A stretch of DNA of 51,043 nucleotides. It comes from Basidiobolus meristosporus CBS 931.73. Its lineage: Eukaryota; Fungi; Basidiobolomycota. A program made the position numbers and the translations under genes. The DNA is taken from assembly GCA_002104905.1 (NCBI GenBank), contig MCFE01000635.1:1-51043 (forward strand). The letters are read 5' to 3'. Below the pieces are notes generated by a model. The model was not told the origin of the DNA. It did no database searches and worked only from the letters and a program-made list of their open reading frames with translations. Shown in pieces: positions 21,259 through 34,470 of the stretch (its first letter is position 1; each line of letters opens with the position of its first letter).

Positions 21259-23760
21259 TATTGTAAAAATTTGTAATTATACCTAAGTATTTGCCTAACC
21301 TAGTGATATATATCATTACCTACAAATCTCATAGAATAACTGACCAAATTTCTTGTTGGAACTTACTTGGAATACTTTCACCAATATATTATATACCCAG
21401 AACATGAGGATTCTCAGAGTTGTCAAACAGCCCCAAACTTTGCATACATGCCCTTGGGACCTTCCCAAACCTATTCTCTGTGCTTTTAAGCCAAGACCAT
21501 GTAAAAGTATAAATTCTACTTTTACATCTGATAAAGCATTGAGTGAAAACTACATAATCTACTTGCTCTCCCAGTCACTTCTAGTATATCAAAGACTCTT
21601 ACAACAGGTTATGAGCCCCAAGCTGTCACTCCCTGCAATATCTGCTACTACTACTACTGGAACTTTTCCTACTGCTAAAAAGCTGGATGGGTTTAACTAC
21701 AAAGTGTGTGGGCAAAGATGAAGATGCTACTTCAAGAAAGAGGCCTTTGGGATATTGTCATGGGGGACAAATGCCCTTGCAAAGTGTGGGAGATGTGGCC
21801 TTAAGGCACCAGAATAAAGGACAACATGCCTTAAACTGTGTTTGCCTCAATGTTAAATACAAATTCCTAATTCAATGCACAAGAGTAAAAACAGTAAAGA
21901 ATACCTGGAAGGCATTGGAAAATATCTACCAGCCATGCTCAACCACTAAGAGAATGTATCTTAGGCAGAAATTCTTTACTAAAGAGATGCTGCCAGGAGA
22001 AGTAATGAAAAAAATGATCATCAGAAAAGCACTACTGACAGATGAGATGGAATCTTTTGGTGCACCAACTACTGATGAAAGTGTGATAGTTATAATCCAG
22101 AAAAGCATGAACAACAGGCTTTAGGGCCTTGTACCAGCACCAGAACTGAATATTTGACCTTGCATTACATATATGGAAGGCTCCTGGATGTATAATCAAG
22201 AAAACCAAGTGCATACAAGATGAAAGAAGAAATACTTTAATAAGCAATATAACCAACAAAGAAGGTACTCAAGCCCCTTTAAAGGCAACAGCTATCTGTT
22301 TAGCCACTACCGCAATAGGAAAGGACACACTTCAGACCAATGCCTCAAAAAGAGAGATAATCCGCAGAAAAAGCCTGAATATGCAAATGCTACAACAGCT
22401 GATGATACATTTCCACATCTCCACTGAATATGACCACAAACAAGGAGTCTCAGACATAGTATAACTATTCTAGAGTATCTCAGCACTTTACACACTGAAA
22501 GGATCTTTTTACTCCATATCAAGAAACTCCAATCAAGAAAGTTTCATTGGTGCCAATAGTACACTTGATGCAGCAGGAAAAAGGAACTATCAAGTAAGCC
22601 TTAGAAGCAGTGAAGGAGGCCACACATATACCTTCAGAGAAGTGCTCTATGTACCAGAAATGACCAAGAACCTACTATTAGTAAACAAGGCCTCTGCATA
22701 AAAACTTGGTATCAGCTCTGACAATTTTGGATGCAGGATTACTGATCAAAATGGTGACCATATTACTTTGAGTATTAAAGATCAGAGTGTATACAGGTAG
22801 ACTTATAATCCATCATATCTGGAAGCCTATACAAGTAGCCTAGTCTGAGATGCACCAATGCATTAGCACAGGATATTTTGACATAGCAATTTTGATTATT
22901 TGCACAAAATGCTCAAAGCTCAGCTGACTTCAGTAGCCAAAATTAATTCTCCTGCTAATCTGGAGTACTGTGAGGCCAGCATATATGGGAAACAAGCCAG
23001 ACAACCACTTAAGGCCTCTGGGCTGATAAAATCAAGAAAAAATAAAATCTAACTGTTTCATATCTGTCTGGACATATGCAGAGTTTAGCTGTGGGTGGGA
23101 CAAAGTATTTAGTTAATTTTATTGATATTTGTACAATATATATGTGGGTCTCTCTCATGGAAAGAAAGGAACAAGAAATGTCTAAGTTTAGGGAGCTCAA
23201 AGACATGGTGGGGAGAGAAAAAGGTGAAAAAATGAAAATATGCTCCTACAATGGTGGAGAGTATACCTCAAAGCTCTTTATCCACTTTTGCAAAGTTCAT
23301 GGGACCAAGCAAGAGACTGCTGTACCATACTTGACAGTGCAATGTGGAGTGGTAGAGCTTACAAACAGACCAATAATTGATACAGCAAGATCTATTATTT
23401 TTGATTACATATTCTTCTATGATTTTTAAGCAGAATCAGTTGCCACAGCTATATGCCCTATACACAGGAGTTTAACAGAACACTTTGTGATTCAACTCCA
23501 TTTGAAGCAAAGCATGGTTACAGATCAAGCACAGAACATCTAACAGTGTTTGGGTGCACACCATATGCCAGTAAACTGCCTCTAAATCAGTCAAAATATG
23601 AGACAAAAAGCATACAATGCATATATTTAGGCTATTACAATGAGGGTAAAGCATACAGACTCTGCAATGCAAAAGCAAAGAAGCTGATCAAGTACAGGGA
23701 TGTGTTGATTGATAAAAATTTAAAACTTTTATTTCTTTATAGTGACATTTGAAGATTACA
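21259..23760 (+). mobile_element. Decayed Copia family A, 5' half (LTR 21259-21606, PBS 21607-21618, gag-PR-IN), 3'-truncated
   Basis: LTR matches 44775-45122; GGTTATGAGCCC; KLDGFNYKV, RMYLRQKFF, NGGEYTSK and QCGVVE motifs with many stops. Confidence 0.88.
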
Positions 23761-23779
23761 AATTCTGATGAGAATCCCT

Positions 23780-25740
23780 ATGAAAAATTATTATGATGAT
23801 GCATTCAAAAGGCTGTCACAGATTCTAAGTCCTGTGACTAAGAGGTATTGATTCCATCAGGACAAAGTGCGAAGACCGTCAAAAAATAATTGCATCCCAG
23901 ATATCATAAAAAACTTCAAAATTTTTCATCACTACAATACAAAAGTGCCAATTGATTGGTTCTCTGCCAATTTCTCACTTTTTAATCCCAGACTCCTCAT
24001 CACCCACTACATTTGTGTGCATTGATTGGCTATTGCTTATTTGTCATACTCCTTACTACCTGACTAAACCATTTCTCCTATTTTTCATGTATAAAAATTG
24101 ATTTATTTATGTTGAAACTTCAGTTGTACCTCAATTGCCAATTTTATAGACCTATATAAATATCTGTACCTTACACTTGCACTAAGCTCAACCCCAGACT
24201 CAACAAGTAACTCCATTCAATTCCACCACTTGATCAGTATTTCAGCTGTATTGCCATGTTTCCACAACTTTGGCAGGAACTCTGTGGCTGTATGCTGTTG
24301 TTCATTTGCTGGTTCCCATACATCCTGTTCTTCAGCCCACACTGCAAGGTCTTGCACCTTATCTGCTAGCCTTTGCAATAAGTCCTTTCAATCTTCAAGT
24401 GCATTTTCTTGAGCACTGCCCTCAAAGAAGTGCTGCAACCTTGTGTTGTACCTATTAATATTCCAGAATTGTGCCAAAGGCATTGTGGGAACCTTTTGAG
24501 TTCTTGACATGGCTACATTGTCTGTCAGTGTGATCTACACTCTGTCAAGAATAGAGGACATGGAGACTGTGGTACACAAAATGCCTTTCTCTGCACACCC
24601 ATCTACCTCACTGGAGTGTATCTCACCTGGCTGCACTTCCAACACTTGTGAAAGCAGCTGCTTTCTTGTTGGTAATTCTTCTTGGCTATACTGGGATTCA
24701 GTCTGTTCCGGGCTTACGGCATTAATTGGCAAGAGCTGCAGCTTTATCTTACACTTCCCTGTCTCTGGCTTGGGTTGACTTTTCCCCTTTACCTTTTCCT
24801 TTATCACTGCCTGGTCTTTCACTGCTACTTTGCCTGAATGCTTCTTGTATCAAACTGCATTTTCTGCTTGATTAATACTGCGCTGATGCACCTGTTTTGG
24901 CCTACTTGTCCCTTGCTGGCACTTGGCAAGCAACCTGATGCTTCTTTCTGGCTTGTTTTGAGCTCTCAGCCCATACTGTGCTTTGACTGAGTGCTTCTTG
25001 AGTAGAACTATGCTTGTTCCATAAATGCTATGCTGGTGCATCTATGTCTGCCTGCTCTTCCCTTATCAGTACTCTTCCAGCTACCTGAAGCCTCTTTGAT
25101 GCTTGTTTGGAGGTTGTGGCTCTGCTTGTAACACGGTCTTACGGAAGCAGCTGGTTTTTAGTCATTGCACACTTGTTCTTCTGCCTTTGATAGCTTTTGT
25201 TATTCTTGAGATACTTTCTTAGCATACCAATTCTTGCCCAAAAACTGTTTGCTTGTTTGAATCAAGGATAATACTCATAGAGCAACTCAGGCACATTCTG
25301 CTTAGCCTTGAGTTCCTGAGGGTCCCATGGTATACCGGCCTTAAGGTGTTAGCATGCTAGATTTCTAACAGCCAATAAAATATCAGCCCACCCTCAGCTT
25401 GCAGCTCTGTAGAGATTCCCAGTTGCCTACTTGACTGAGAGCCTGAGTAGTCTACATTATTCCCTTCATTGGGCACACTGTCCACAGGGCCTTTTTTGTT
25501 TGTAGCCCTGCTAGTTGCACTAAATGTCAAAGGAAGCTGTTTTCCAACCATTCTTCTGCTGCTGTCAGCAGTGGGGTTTGGTTGGGAACCAGGTAACTTT
25601 GCTTTATTGTTTAGTGGCATAAATATGGAAGAAAGTAAAACCAATGGGGATATGGTGTTACATATATGTGGGTATGTGGTGCCACAGCTTAGTTTATAAT
25701 GCTTACTGCGGTAGGTCTTGATTGAATCTTGCATTCATTT
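23780..25740 (-). pseudogene. CACTA-associated orphan ORF (Ala/Gln/Lys-rich, fragmented)
   Basis: Track ORFs 25357-25734, 24850-25041 and 24535-24822, plus DLLQRLADKVQDLAVWAEEQDVWEP near 24280-24380; second copy at 16850-18700. Confidence 0.5.
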
Positions 25741-26149
25741 AGGTGCAATTTCTCAAAAGCATGACTGACTTAAATTCACATGAGTATTCACAAAAAAGTG
25801 ATATAATAGTGTTACATTGTAGAGTGTCAAGCTGTTTGCCCCATGAACAACACTACTTTGATTCAGTGTTGATATTTGGCCATTCACCAGTTACTGCTGT
25901 ACCTACAATATCTTGCTGGCTACTTGATACTTCTATAGCAGCATCTAGCTGTACTTGTCACCTTGCACAAACCAAGTCAGGAGAGCTTGCAACTCCTTTA
26001 GGCTCACCCCAGCCTTCTGAATATAGCATGCAGAGTGAGAGCTCTGAAGAAGCAGGCTCACTGATGGATTGTAAGCCTATCTTCCCTGACAACAGTACCC
26101 TGCATGAGCCTGGCAAATACCATTATGCAATGAGACAGCACCTGTGAAA

Positions 26150-27998
26150 ACAAAATGCCAAGGATACTTGATGGAGTCAAGGTAGCTCAGTATTCCATCT
26201 GCTGCTGAATGATGTGATGTTGTGGCTTGAGGAGCAACATATTTCCACTTTTATCAGTAACAGGGGCTTTGAAGATTTACTGCTACTTCTTACCAAAATC
26301 ATTGCAGGATGCAACTTACCATGTACATGGTATAGATGGAAGCCATCACACAGCTGGCAATATATGACCCAGGGACTGTCCTGATACCAGCATATGTTCA
26401 CAGTTGCATGGCTTTCTCATCAGACAGTGCCACCATTGCAAGGTGTTCTACTTGTCAGGAATCCACCACCATTGGGGGAAAACATTGATCACACTTTGAT
26501 TATATTCCAACAATACCCTGTATAAAGAAGCTCATGCAGTCCAACAGATATTATGAAGCTATAAAGTACCGCACTCAGTATTCATCAAGCACAAACATAT
26601 CAGATATATTCAATGGCAACCATTACAAACAGGTAAGAAGCAAGGGCTACTTTGAAGGTATGTATGACCATGTCTTTGCCTTAGCACTTGATGGATTCTC
26701 ATTAAACAAGTACTCTACTAGCAAATCCTGCTGGCCACTGATTTGCATCAACCTGAATCTGACACCTATCTTATGATATTGGAGCCAAAATCTGATGATA
26801 GTCTCACTGGTATCTGGGCCTAAATCACTGTCCCACCCGGATAACTACCTGTATCCATTGCTGGATGTACCCTAACCCTTACTCCATTACTTGCCTATAT
26901 TATGATTACCAAAACACCAACACTAAGAACATCATCTTTCCACAGAGAGAATGTACAGAAGTCCACATGCAATTGCAGCAATGTTGGCAAGCTATAAGCC
27001 ATTGACCAGAATATGGAATTAATTGAAAGCCAGAGATACTCAAGATAGAGGGTGTCTGATGGAGCAAAAGCTTTCCACTGGGAGCAATGCATCTGCCTTC
27101 CAACAATATCCATATACTGGTGACCAAGTTGTACATGGGGCATTTCAACTAAATGAGCCCTTTGAGATACTGGAGAAATTTGGAAGAATTGGCAAGATAT
27201 TACAGAGTATCCACTACCCTATGTACTTCTCTCAGGCTCCAATCAACATTCAAATGAATATGCAACAACTCAAGTGCAAGAACCAGATGAGCTGTATGAG
27301 TATTTATTCAAGTGGCCTTCTGAAACCATATTTACCTTAAGTACATTGGAAGCATTGAGACTCATATGTGGTCATTGTAGGAATGCCTATCCTGAAGCAG
27401 ACCACCAATACCAACTTGACACATCTACAGCTTTTGTGCAAAAGTTTGTGATGGGATTTGAGCTGCTATACTACAAGAATAAAGCTGAACACATAGATCT
27501 CTGCCGCTACTGTATCCATTTGGTACTCCATTTTGCTTGGTGTGTTGAAAATATTGGACCTTGCTTCACCTTTTGGGAGTCTCCTATGGAGCAGATGTGT
27601 GGGGATATAGGAAGACAAGTCAAGTTGCAGGTACTACCATATCCCAATCTCATCCAGATTATTACCTTTAAGTCTGTCATGGATATGATGAGTTGGCACA
27701 TGGAGGACAGCCAGGAAGAGTTGGAAAAAACTAAGGACAGATGTACACATGGAGACACCTATATCTATGGCATTAAGAACCTAAGCAGCCCCAACATGTG
27801 GGTAGTCAGCTAAATAATGCAAAGTTGGGTGCAGTGCAACAAGTAGCTAATTACCATTTGGAAAACCACACCATGGTATGTCAGATTTCTCTTGATGGCA
27901 AGCCAGCTTCTACACCATTCAATACTCAATTTACACAAGCAAGAGCCAGAATGCACCTATAAGAGGGACTAGAATCCAGAAGGGAGAAGTAATATATT
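26150..27998 (+). pseudogene. CACTA/En-Spm transposase (Transposase_21-like), decayed
   Basis: SDIFNGNHY...LALDGFS...SCWPLICINLNL; YCIHLVLHFAWCVENIGPCFTFWESPMEQMCGDIGRQVK...PYPNL. Confidence 0.88.
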
Positions 27999-28219
27999 AG
28001 ATTTGTTCCATTGTACTGTGCCAGGGCATGTGGCGCAAATTGGTTGTAAAGAACAATTGGGCGCAATATAATAGCTACCAGTAGGCAGGATTGTTCTTGG
28101 ACAATTTTGCACTATGTGGGACAATCTAAAACACTATGACACAATCTGACACAATGAGGTTGGCACAGATGATTGCGCCAACTTGTAATGTTTGCATCAT
28201 GTGCGCAATTGGATACCGC

Positions 28220-29292
28220 TGTAGTGGGGTGACAGTGACACCCACTGACAGATGTGCTCATTCCCTTATTTTCTACTTCCCTATATCTCTACTACACTTA
28301 TTTTAGTTTTATCCCATTTGTCTTACCCAATCAGTACTATCCCATAAGCCGGTTGACTATCACACCTGCTTACCTTATTGCATAAGTTACCCCTCACTTT
28401 ATGTAAGATTACTAGCTACAAGTGCTTCTATATTAGGCAAGTACCCACGCCAGTACCCGTGACACATGATCAACCTGTGTCACCATCCCTACCATTTCCA
28501 TACCGTATATGGTATCCCCATGTTACACAAGTTTCAGAATACTGATTCCTGATTGGTTGGATGTGCTGTGCCTCTTAGAACCTTCCGGCACCTACTTAGA
28601 ACATTCTTAGGTCATTCTGATGTCATTAAGATTTCTATTGATCTCTGGAACCTTCTGGAACACCATGATTAGTAATCACTTAGCCAGTGAAAAAAAAGTA
28701 TATAAGGGAGGCTATCCCTCAACAATAAATCATCATCCCTTTTATCAATATACCAACTTGTTGATTAGTGTGATCACTGCTACCTGCTGCTACCTGAACT
28801 TCCAACTCTAGACCACAGGACACTCCCAGGAAACCGCGCTGATAGCCAACTGACCTTGGAGGCACTACTTGTGAGGAATACTCAGAGTAGGTATCTTTTA
28901 TTATATTTGATTCTTTCCCAAGTTTGTTCTTGTACAGGCAAAGATACTTTTCTGTCTTTGTAATTATTGACCACAGCAGCATTCTTATCAAGTCCCTGCT
29001 GGTGGAGTTTACAGTTGTTTTGACTTTGGAAGCTTTAGTACATTGTCATCTCAAAGGATGCTGAACCCAGCACATACTTTTGTTAAGACGCCAACTAAGT
29101 TGGGGATTGTAGCTCAATAGTTTTCCCTTGACAAGCTTGTGGCTTTATTCCCCTTCACATTAGATTAGAAACAGAACCCAAGTATTCCTAGCAAGCTTTT
29201 GCCAGAGGTTATTGCACCCAGTGAACACCCTACACACAAAACACTTGAGAAGTGTTGGATGTATCTCTCCCTTGGACCTATACATCACCACA
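28220..29292 (+). mobile_element. Solo LTR, 1073 bp (TGTAGTGGGG...CACCACA), TSD CCGC
   Basis: CCGC at 28216-28219 and 29293-29296; uninterrupted paralog at ~36340-36365. Confidence 0.93.
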
Positions 29293-29815
29293 CCGCTATT
29301 ATGGCAGGTAAAATCTGGTATTTGGATATGTCTCTTTAATATAAATGGAAACAAATGTGTATAAAACTATAAACTACACTGATACTTACCATTTTGGTTA
29401 CCATCAATCCAATTGGACAGTATCTCAGTGATTAATTGGTCCAGAAGTATCCTGAAGCTGGCAGCCCCCAATTGCCTCATTGACTACTAAACAAGCTACC
29501 TGATTTGCCATGAAATATCCCATTTTGCCCATTGAGCAAGTAAATCAACGATCCTAGTGACTGGACAAGGTGTCATAGCTAGCACGCAAGCAATTGGGTA
29601 GGCGCAAAACAGATCCAATAGCTGCACTGGTATTACAGATGATGTATATATATGCAGGGTATTTATTTAAAGGGGTTCTGTCTCAAATGTGAGACAACCT
29701 TGATATTACTTATATCAAAAGTTTGATGATCACTGATATGTGATGGCTTGATTGGGATCCCAAAAATATGGGTTGTTTGGATCATTACAAATAACATCAA
29801 TTCAAAGCAATTGCA

Positions 29816-31076
29816 TCATCTTCTCCTGGGTTTTTTTCTTGCAGGGATTATGACTGAAGCATTTGGTAGTGACTCACTTTGTACACCTATACTACTTCCT
29901 GGCTGACTATCATCTTGGCTACTTGTGTATTTGTAGTCAGTATTTTGCCTCCTAGTAGATGAGTGCAATGCTGCAGCTTGGCCATAATGAATCACTCCAA
30001 CTGAACCAACTGAACCGGTCTGGGGTGCCACAGGCTTATGCGTTCTTTTACTTGCCAAGGGCTCTGGTGGTTGAGGCACTTCATGTTGGTCATCATCAGT
30101 CAGTTCACCAGATGTAACTTGCTGATGGTCAGGCAAAATGGCACGCGCAGGCGTGACTTGACAAGTTGAGATGGCCCTTGGCTGAGTTGGATGTGATGCT
30201 GCATGTTGACGCAACTCAGTCCGCTCCAATGGACTTGTGTCTAAATGAGAAGTTTGGCAAGTTCTGGTAGTTTTGCTCTGAAGCACACATTGACCCAACA
30301 TGCGTTGACTCAATGTGCGTTGACTTGACACGGGGTGTTCTGGTAAAGGGTGTTGGTGTAGTCTGGACTAACATGCACCGGCGCGCTGCAGTTGCAAGAG
30401 ATGGTACGGAATCCAGCAAGGTGTGCTGGCACAATCTGGACAATGTTGCTTGCGGTCTGTATTCTTCCTTGTGAAGCTCACCATCTGATTCCTCAAGGTA
30501 TTCACTTACCCTCTGTCTGATACTTTGGAGCTGTTGCTTGGATGAGTCCTGTGTATCTTGCTCTTGGAAGCCACTTAGCTCTACAAATATATCACATAGT
30601 ACATTAGTCATATGAGGGAAAAACTCATTCAAAATCTCTTTGGTTCCCAAAGTTGAGGCATGAACAGACACGTCCAGCCCATACTGTGCAAATTGCGTAC
30701 AAAATTGCTCCTGCGCAGCTTTTTCATCAAATCCCCTCACTCTCAGCTCATTCTTGATTTCAATACTTGTCTTGTAATATATCTTCTTACATTCATTGGC
30801 TGGCATCTTGATTTAGAACTCATGCCACAGCTTTCTACTCAAATTCTTCCATCTTTGTTAACTCTCTGAGGTATCTAGTTCTGCTAGATTAATCAGTGGT
30901 GCCCAAATATCTGTATAAAGAATCATCATAGACACTTGGGCCATTCTAAAATCATTTGACAAGAACGCAAACGGATCCAACATCAACTTTTCCGGTCCGG
31001 ACCGCGCTTGTGAGCTGAGGGATGGGTTTTGTCTGGGTTGTACTAAAGAAGAGTTGAGACTTGGTATGGGGACCAT
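29816..31076 (-). pseudogene. PHIS second ORF (putative Myb/SANT-like DNA-binding protein), copy P1
   Basis: Track ORFs 30858-31076 and 30216-30806 are in frame through two TAA: ...IWAPLINLAELDTSES*QRWKNLSRKLWHEF*IKMPANECKKIYYK...; head-to-head with the transposase in P2. The Myb/SANT call is by eye. Confidence 0.55.
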
Positions 31077-31381
31077 AGCAACTGATTTGGATACTTCAAC
31101 AGCAGTATATTGGCATCAACCTGGTCTTATATGAAATATATATGAAAACTAATGTGATTGTTGAGTTTTCCATATATTAGACTTGTTCTGTTGGATAGTG
31201 CCATAAAGTGCCAGCCTGTTTATAATGCCGGACCAATCTGGCACTCTACGGCATTATCTGGCATTCTATGGCATTATCTGGCACTATAATTTCTACCATG
31301 ATGCCAGTGTTATGATGCAGTTACTGGTAATTTTACTCAATCTTACTTATGTTACTCAGAATAGTGCTTTCCTTGCTTTAT

Positions 31382-32200
31382 TTATGCTTCATGATGCTCC
31401 AGACACATTTCTCTCAGTGGATGGCTTCTTGTATGAGCATACTGTGCATTAATAAGTATCTTAACTATTTTACCAATTCTGCTGTTTTCTCCTATAAATG
31501 ACTTTTCTCTGTATTTACCTGCCAATATGCTGAATCTCTTCAGATATCCAAATGTGTGCTCCACCCTCACTATGAAATGATTAAATATCTCATTGTAGGG
31601 CTTCTGCTTCCTGCTAAGCACACCGTTCCTTGGCTTCCTATAAGCTGTAATACATCTTAATCTGTGAAAATCCTCTCCTATATAGGCTAAGTCTGACATA
31701 CATTTCTCCCCTCTACTGAATTCAGGATGATTCTCTACCCAGAGTGCTTTGTCATGCCTACTTCCAGCATATGGCCCACTAAACCAGATGATGTTACCGT
31801 CAATGTCAGACAGTGCTTGAAACTTCACACAGTGTGCCTTGTACTTGCCGGAATAAAAGTGCCTCTGCCCTCTAGAAGGTCTGTTGATCCTCACTGGGAA
31901 GGTATCCAAAATACTCCTGATATGAAACCTGTTGCTGAACACTCTGGGATATGGAAGTCTATTGGAGCTTCTGAACCTAGTATTCCAAGCTTGCTCCAAG
32001 TCATTCATACACTCTGCAAGGTGGTTCTCCATTGCTGTCAGCTAGGAATGAAAACTTCTAGGACTTTTGTTGACATGGATGGTGGGATAAAACCTTGTAG
32101 GGCAATAGTTCTTGTAATAGCAGAGAAGCTTAACAAGGGATCTCCTTGAGTAGATTGGGGTAGATGGTCCACAGCACTTGGATTAGATCTCCTCTAGTGT
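31382..32200 (-). pseudogene. DDE_Tnp_4 (PHIS / IS5-like) transposase
   Basis: ILDTFPVRINRP, FYSGKYKAHCVKFQALSDIDG, YAGSRHDK, SDLAYIG, RVEHTFGYLKRFSIL (D-D-E triad). The frame extends upstream past a TAG at 32044-32042 into an HTH-like LVKLLCYYKNY segment. Confidence 0.88.
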
Positions 32201-32988
32201 GTCAAAAGGAAATCCAGTGGTAGTGATGGGATTGATGAGAAAAGACCATTCAGATGAGTAAGTCATATTAAAATTGGTGGATGATTGTATGGAGGTGGTT
32301 TGAATTGATTTGGTGCAATCTGCGTTATTAATCTGATTTTTATTGCATTATGATTAAATCTCCATCAGTTGCCATGTATCCCATCATTATGTTGCAAAAA
32401 TTATCCGCAAACAATGCCTGGTACTTTTATTGATGCCTTACTCATAGGTCTATAATAAAATAGGAAATCTGCAATTGATGTGATCTGATCCATGTCAATG
32501 CAATCCAAGATGCATCATGCATAATATATTGAAAATTCAACAATCACATTAGTTTTCATATATATTTCATATAAGACCAGGTTGATGCCAACATAGTGCT
32601 GTTGAAGTATCCAAATCAGTTGCTATGGTCCCCATAACAAGTCTCAACTCTTCTTTAGTACAACCCAGACAAAACCCATCCCCCAGCTCACAAGCGCGGT
32701 CCAGACTGGAAAAGTTGATGTTGGATCCGTTTGAGTTCTTGCCAAATGATTTTAGTATGGCCCAAGTGTCTATGATGAGCCTTTATACAGATATTTGGGC
32801 ACCACTGCTTAATCTAGCAGAACTAGATACCTCAGAGAGTTAACAAAGATGGAAGAATTTGAGTAGAAAGCTGTGGCATGAGTTCTAAATCAAGATGCCA
32901 GCCAATGTATGTAAGAAGATATATAACAAGACAAGTATTGAAATCAAGAATGAGCTGAGAGTGAGGGGATTTGATGAAGAAGCCACAC

Positions 32989-34064
32989 TGTAGTGGGGTC
33001 ACAGTGACACCCACAGGCAGAGGTGCTCATTCCAATATGTTCACTTCCCTAAAAAGGATTACCCCCCGAATTTAGTATCCTCCCAAATTGCAATATTTTC
33101 TATCTATCTATGTGATTATTACTATGCAACATGGCAAACTATTTGTCACTATTGAACCATTGCACAAGCTATTCCTATTCCTTGCCAAAATGCCAAGATA
33201 AGATAGTTACCATATAAGGCAAGTACCTCCAACAGTGCCCATGTCATGTGACCATCTTGGTTTCATAAACCTCCTATTCTACTACCATATGAGGTAGCTA
33301 CATGACACAGAGGTTTCATATTACCACTATCTGATTGGCTAGGTGCTACTATGTCTCATGGTACAATCCGCCAAGAATTTGAGCTATTTTTAGTACACAA
33401 TGACATGATTGGCTGTCTACTACCTTCTTGAAACTTCCAGGAAGTATTTCTAGCAAGAATTTGAGCGGTAAAAAGTATATAAGGGAGGCTATCCCTTAAA
33501 ATAAATCATCCCCTCTTCCAATATTCCAACTTATTGATTAGTGAGATCACCACTACCTATTACCACTACTTTCTGACTCAGACCTGACAATACTCCCAGG
33601 AAACTGCACTGACAGCCAACTGACCTTGGAGGCACTACTTGTGAGGAATACTCAGAGTAGGTATATTTTATTATATTTGATTGTTTTCCCAAATTTGTTC
33701 TTGTACAGGCAAAGATACTTTTCAGTCTTTGTAACTAGTGGTCAAAGCTGCATTCTTATCAAGTCCCTGTTGGTGGAGTTAACAGTTGTTCTGACTTTGG
33801 AAGCTTTAGTACATTGTCATCTCAAAGGATGTCAAAGCCATTATAAACTTTTGTTAAGACACCAACTAAGTTGGGGATTATAGTTCAATAGTTTTCCCTT
33901 GACAAGCTTGAGGCTTTATCCCCCTTCACATTAGATTAGACAAAAGACCCAGTATTCCTAACAAGCTTTTGCCAGAGGTTATTGCACCAAGTGAACACCC
34001 CACACACATTCACACTTGTGAAGTGTTGGCCATATTTTGCCCTTTGAACTTATACACCACCACA
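32989..34064 (+). mobile_element. Older solo LTR of the 1073-bp family; decayed TSD ACAC/GCAT
   Basis: TGTAGTGGGG...CACCACA; the uninterrupted P1 site reads GCGC (30713-30716). Confidence 0.85.
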
Positions 34065-34470
34065 GCATGGGAACAATTTTGCACGTAATTTGCACAGTAT
34101 GGGCTGGACATGTCTGTTTGTGCCTCAACTTTGGGAACCAAAGAGATTCTGAATGAGTTTTTCCCTCAAATGACTAATGTACCATGTGATATATTAGTAG
34201 AGCTAAGTGGCTTCCAAGAGCAAGATACACAGGACTCATCCAGGCAACAGCTCCAAAGTATCAGACAGAGGGTAAGTGAATACCTTGAGGAATCAGATGG
34301 TGAGCTTCAGGAGAAAGAATACAGACCGCGAGTTACTTCTGATGAACTGACTGATGATGACCAACATGAAGTGCCTCAACCACCAGAGCCCTTGGCAAGT
34401 AAAAGAACATGTAAGCACGTGGCACTCCAGACCGGTTTAGTTGGTTCAGTTGGAGTGATTCAGCAAGGCC

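Noticed and set aside
23930-23945. CACTACAATACAAAAG as a CACTA terminal inverted repeat
   Set aside because: Homology with the paralog (18960-19120) continues ~150 bp beyond it, the paralog reads differently there, and no partner end or 3-bp TSD was found.
28719-28991. 90-aa ORF (MIRM..W...) and 63-aa ORF recurring in four LTR copies
   Set aside because: Conservation follows from near-identity of recent LTR copies; the 90-aa ORF starts at TTG, neither has a recognisable domain, and both are broken in the older copy at 32989-34064.
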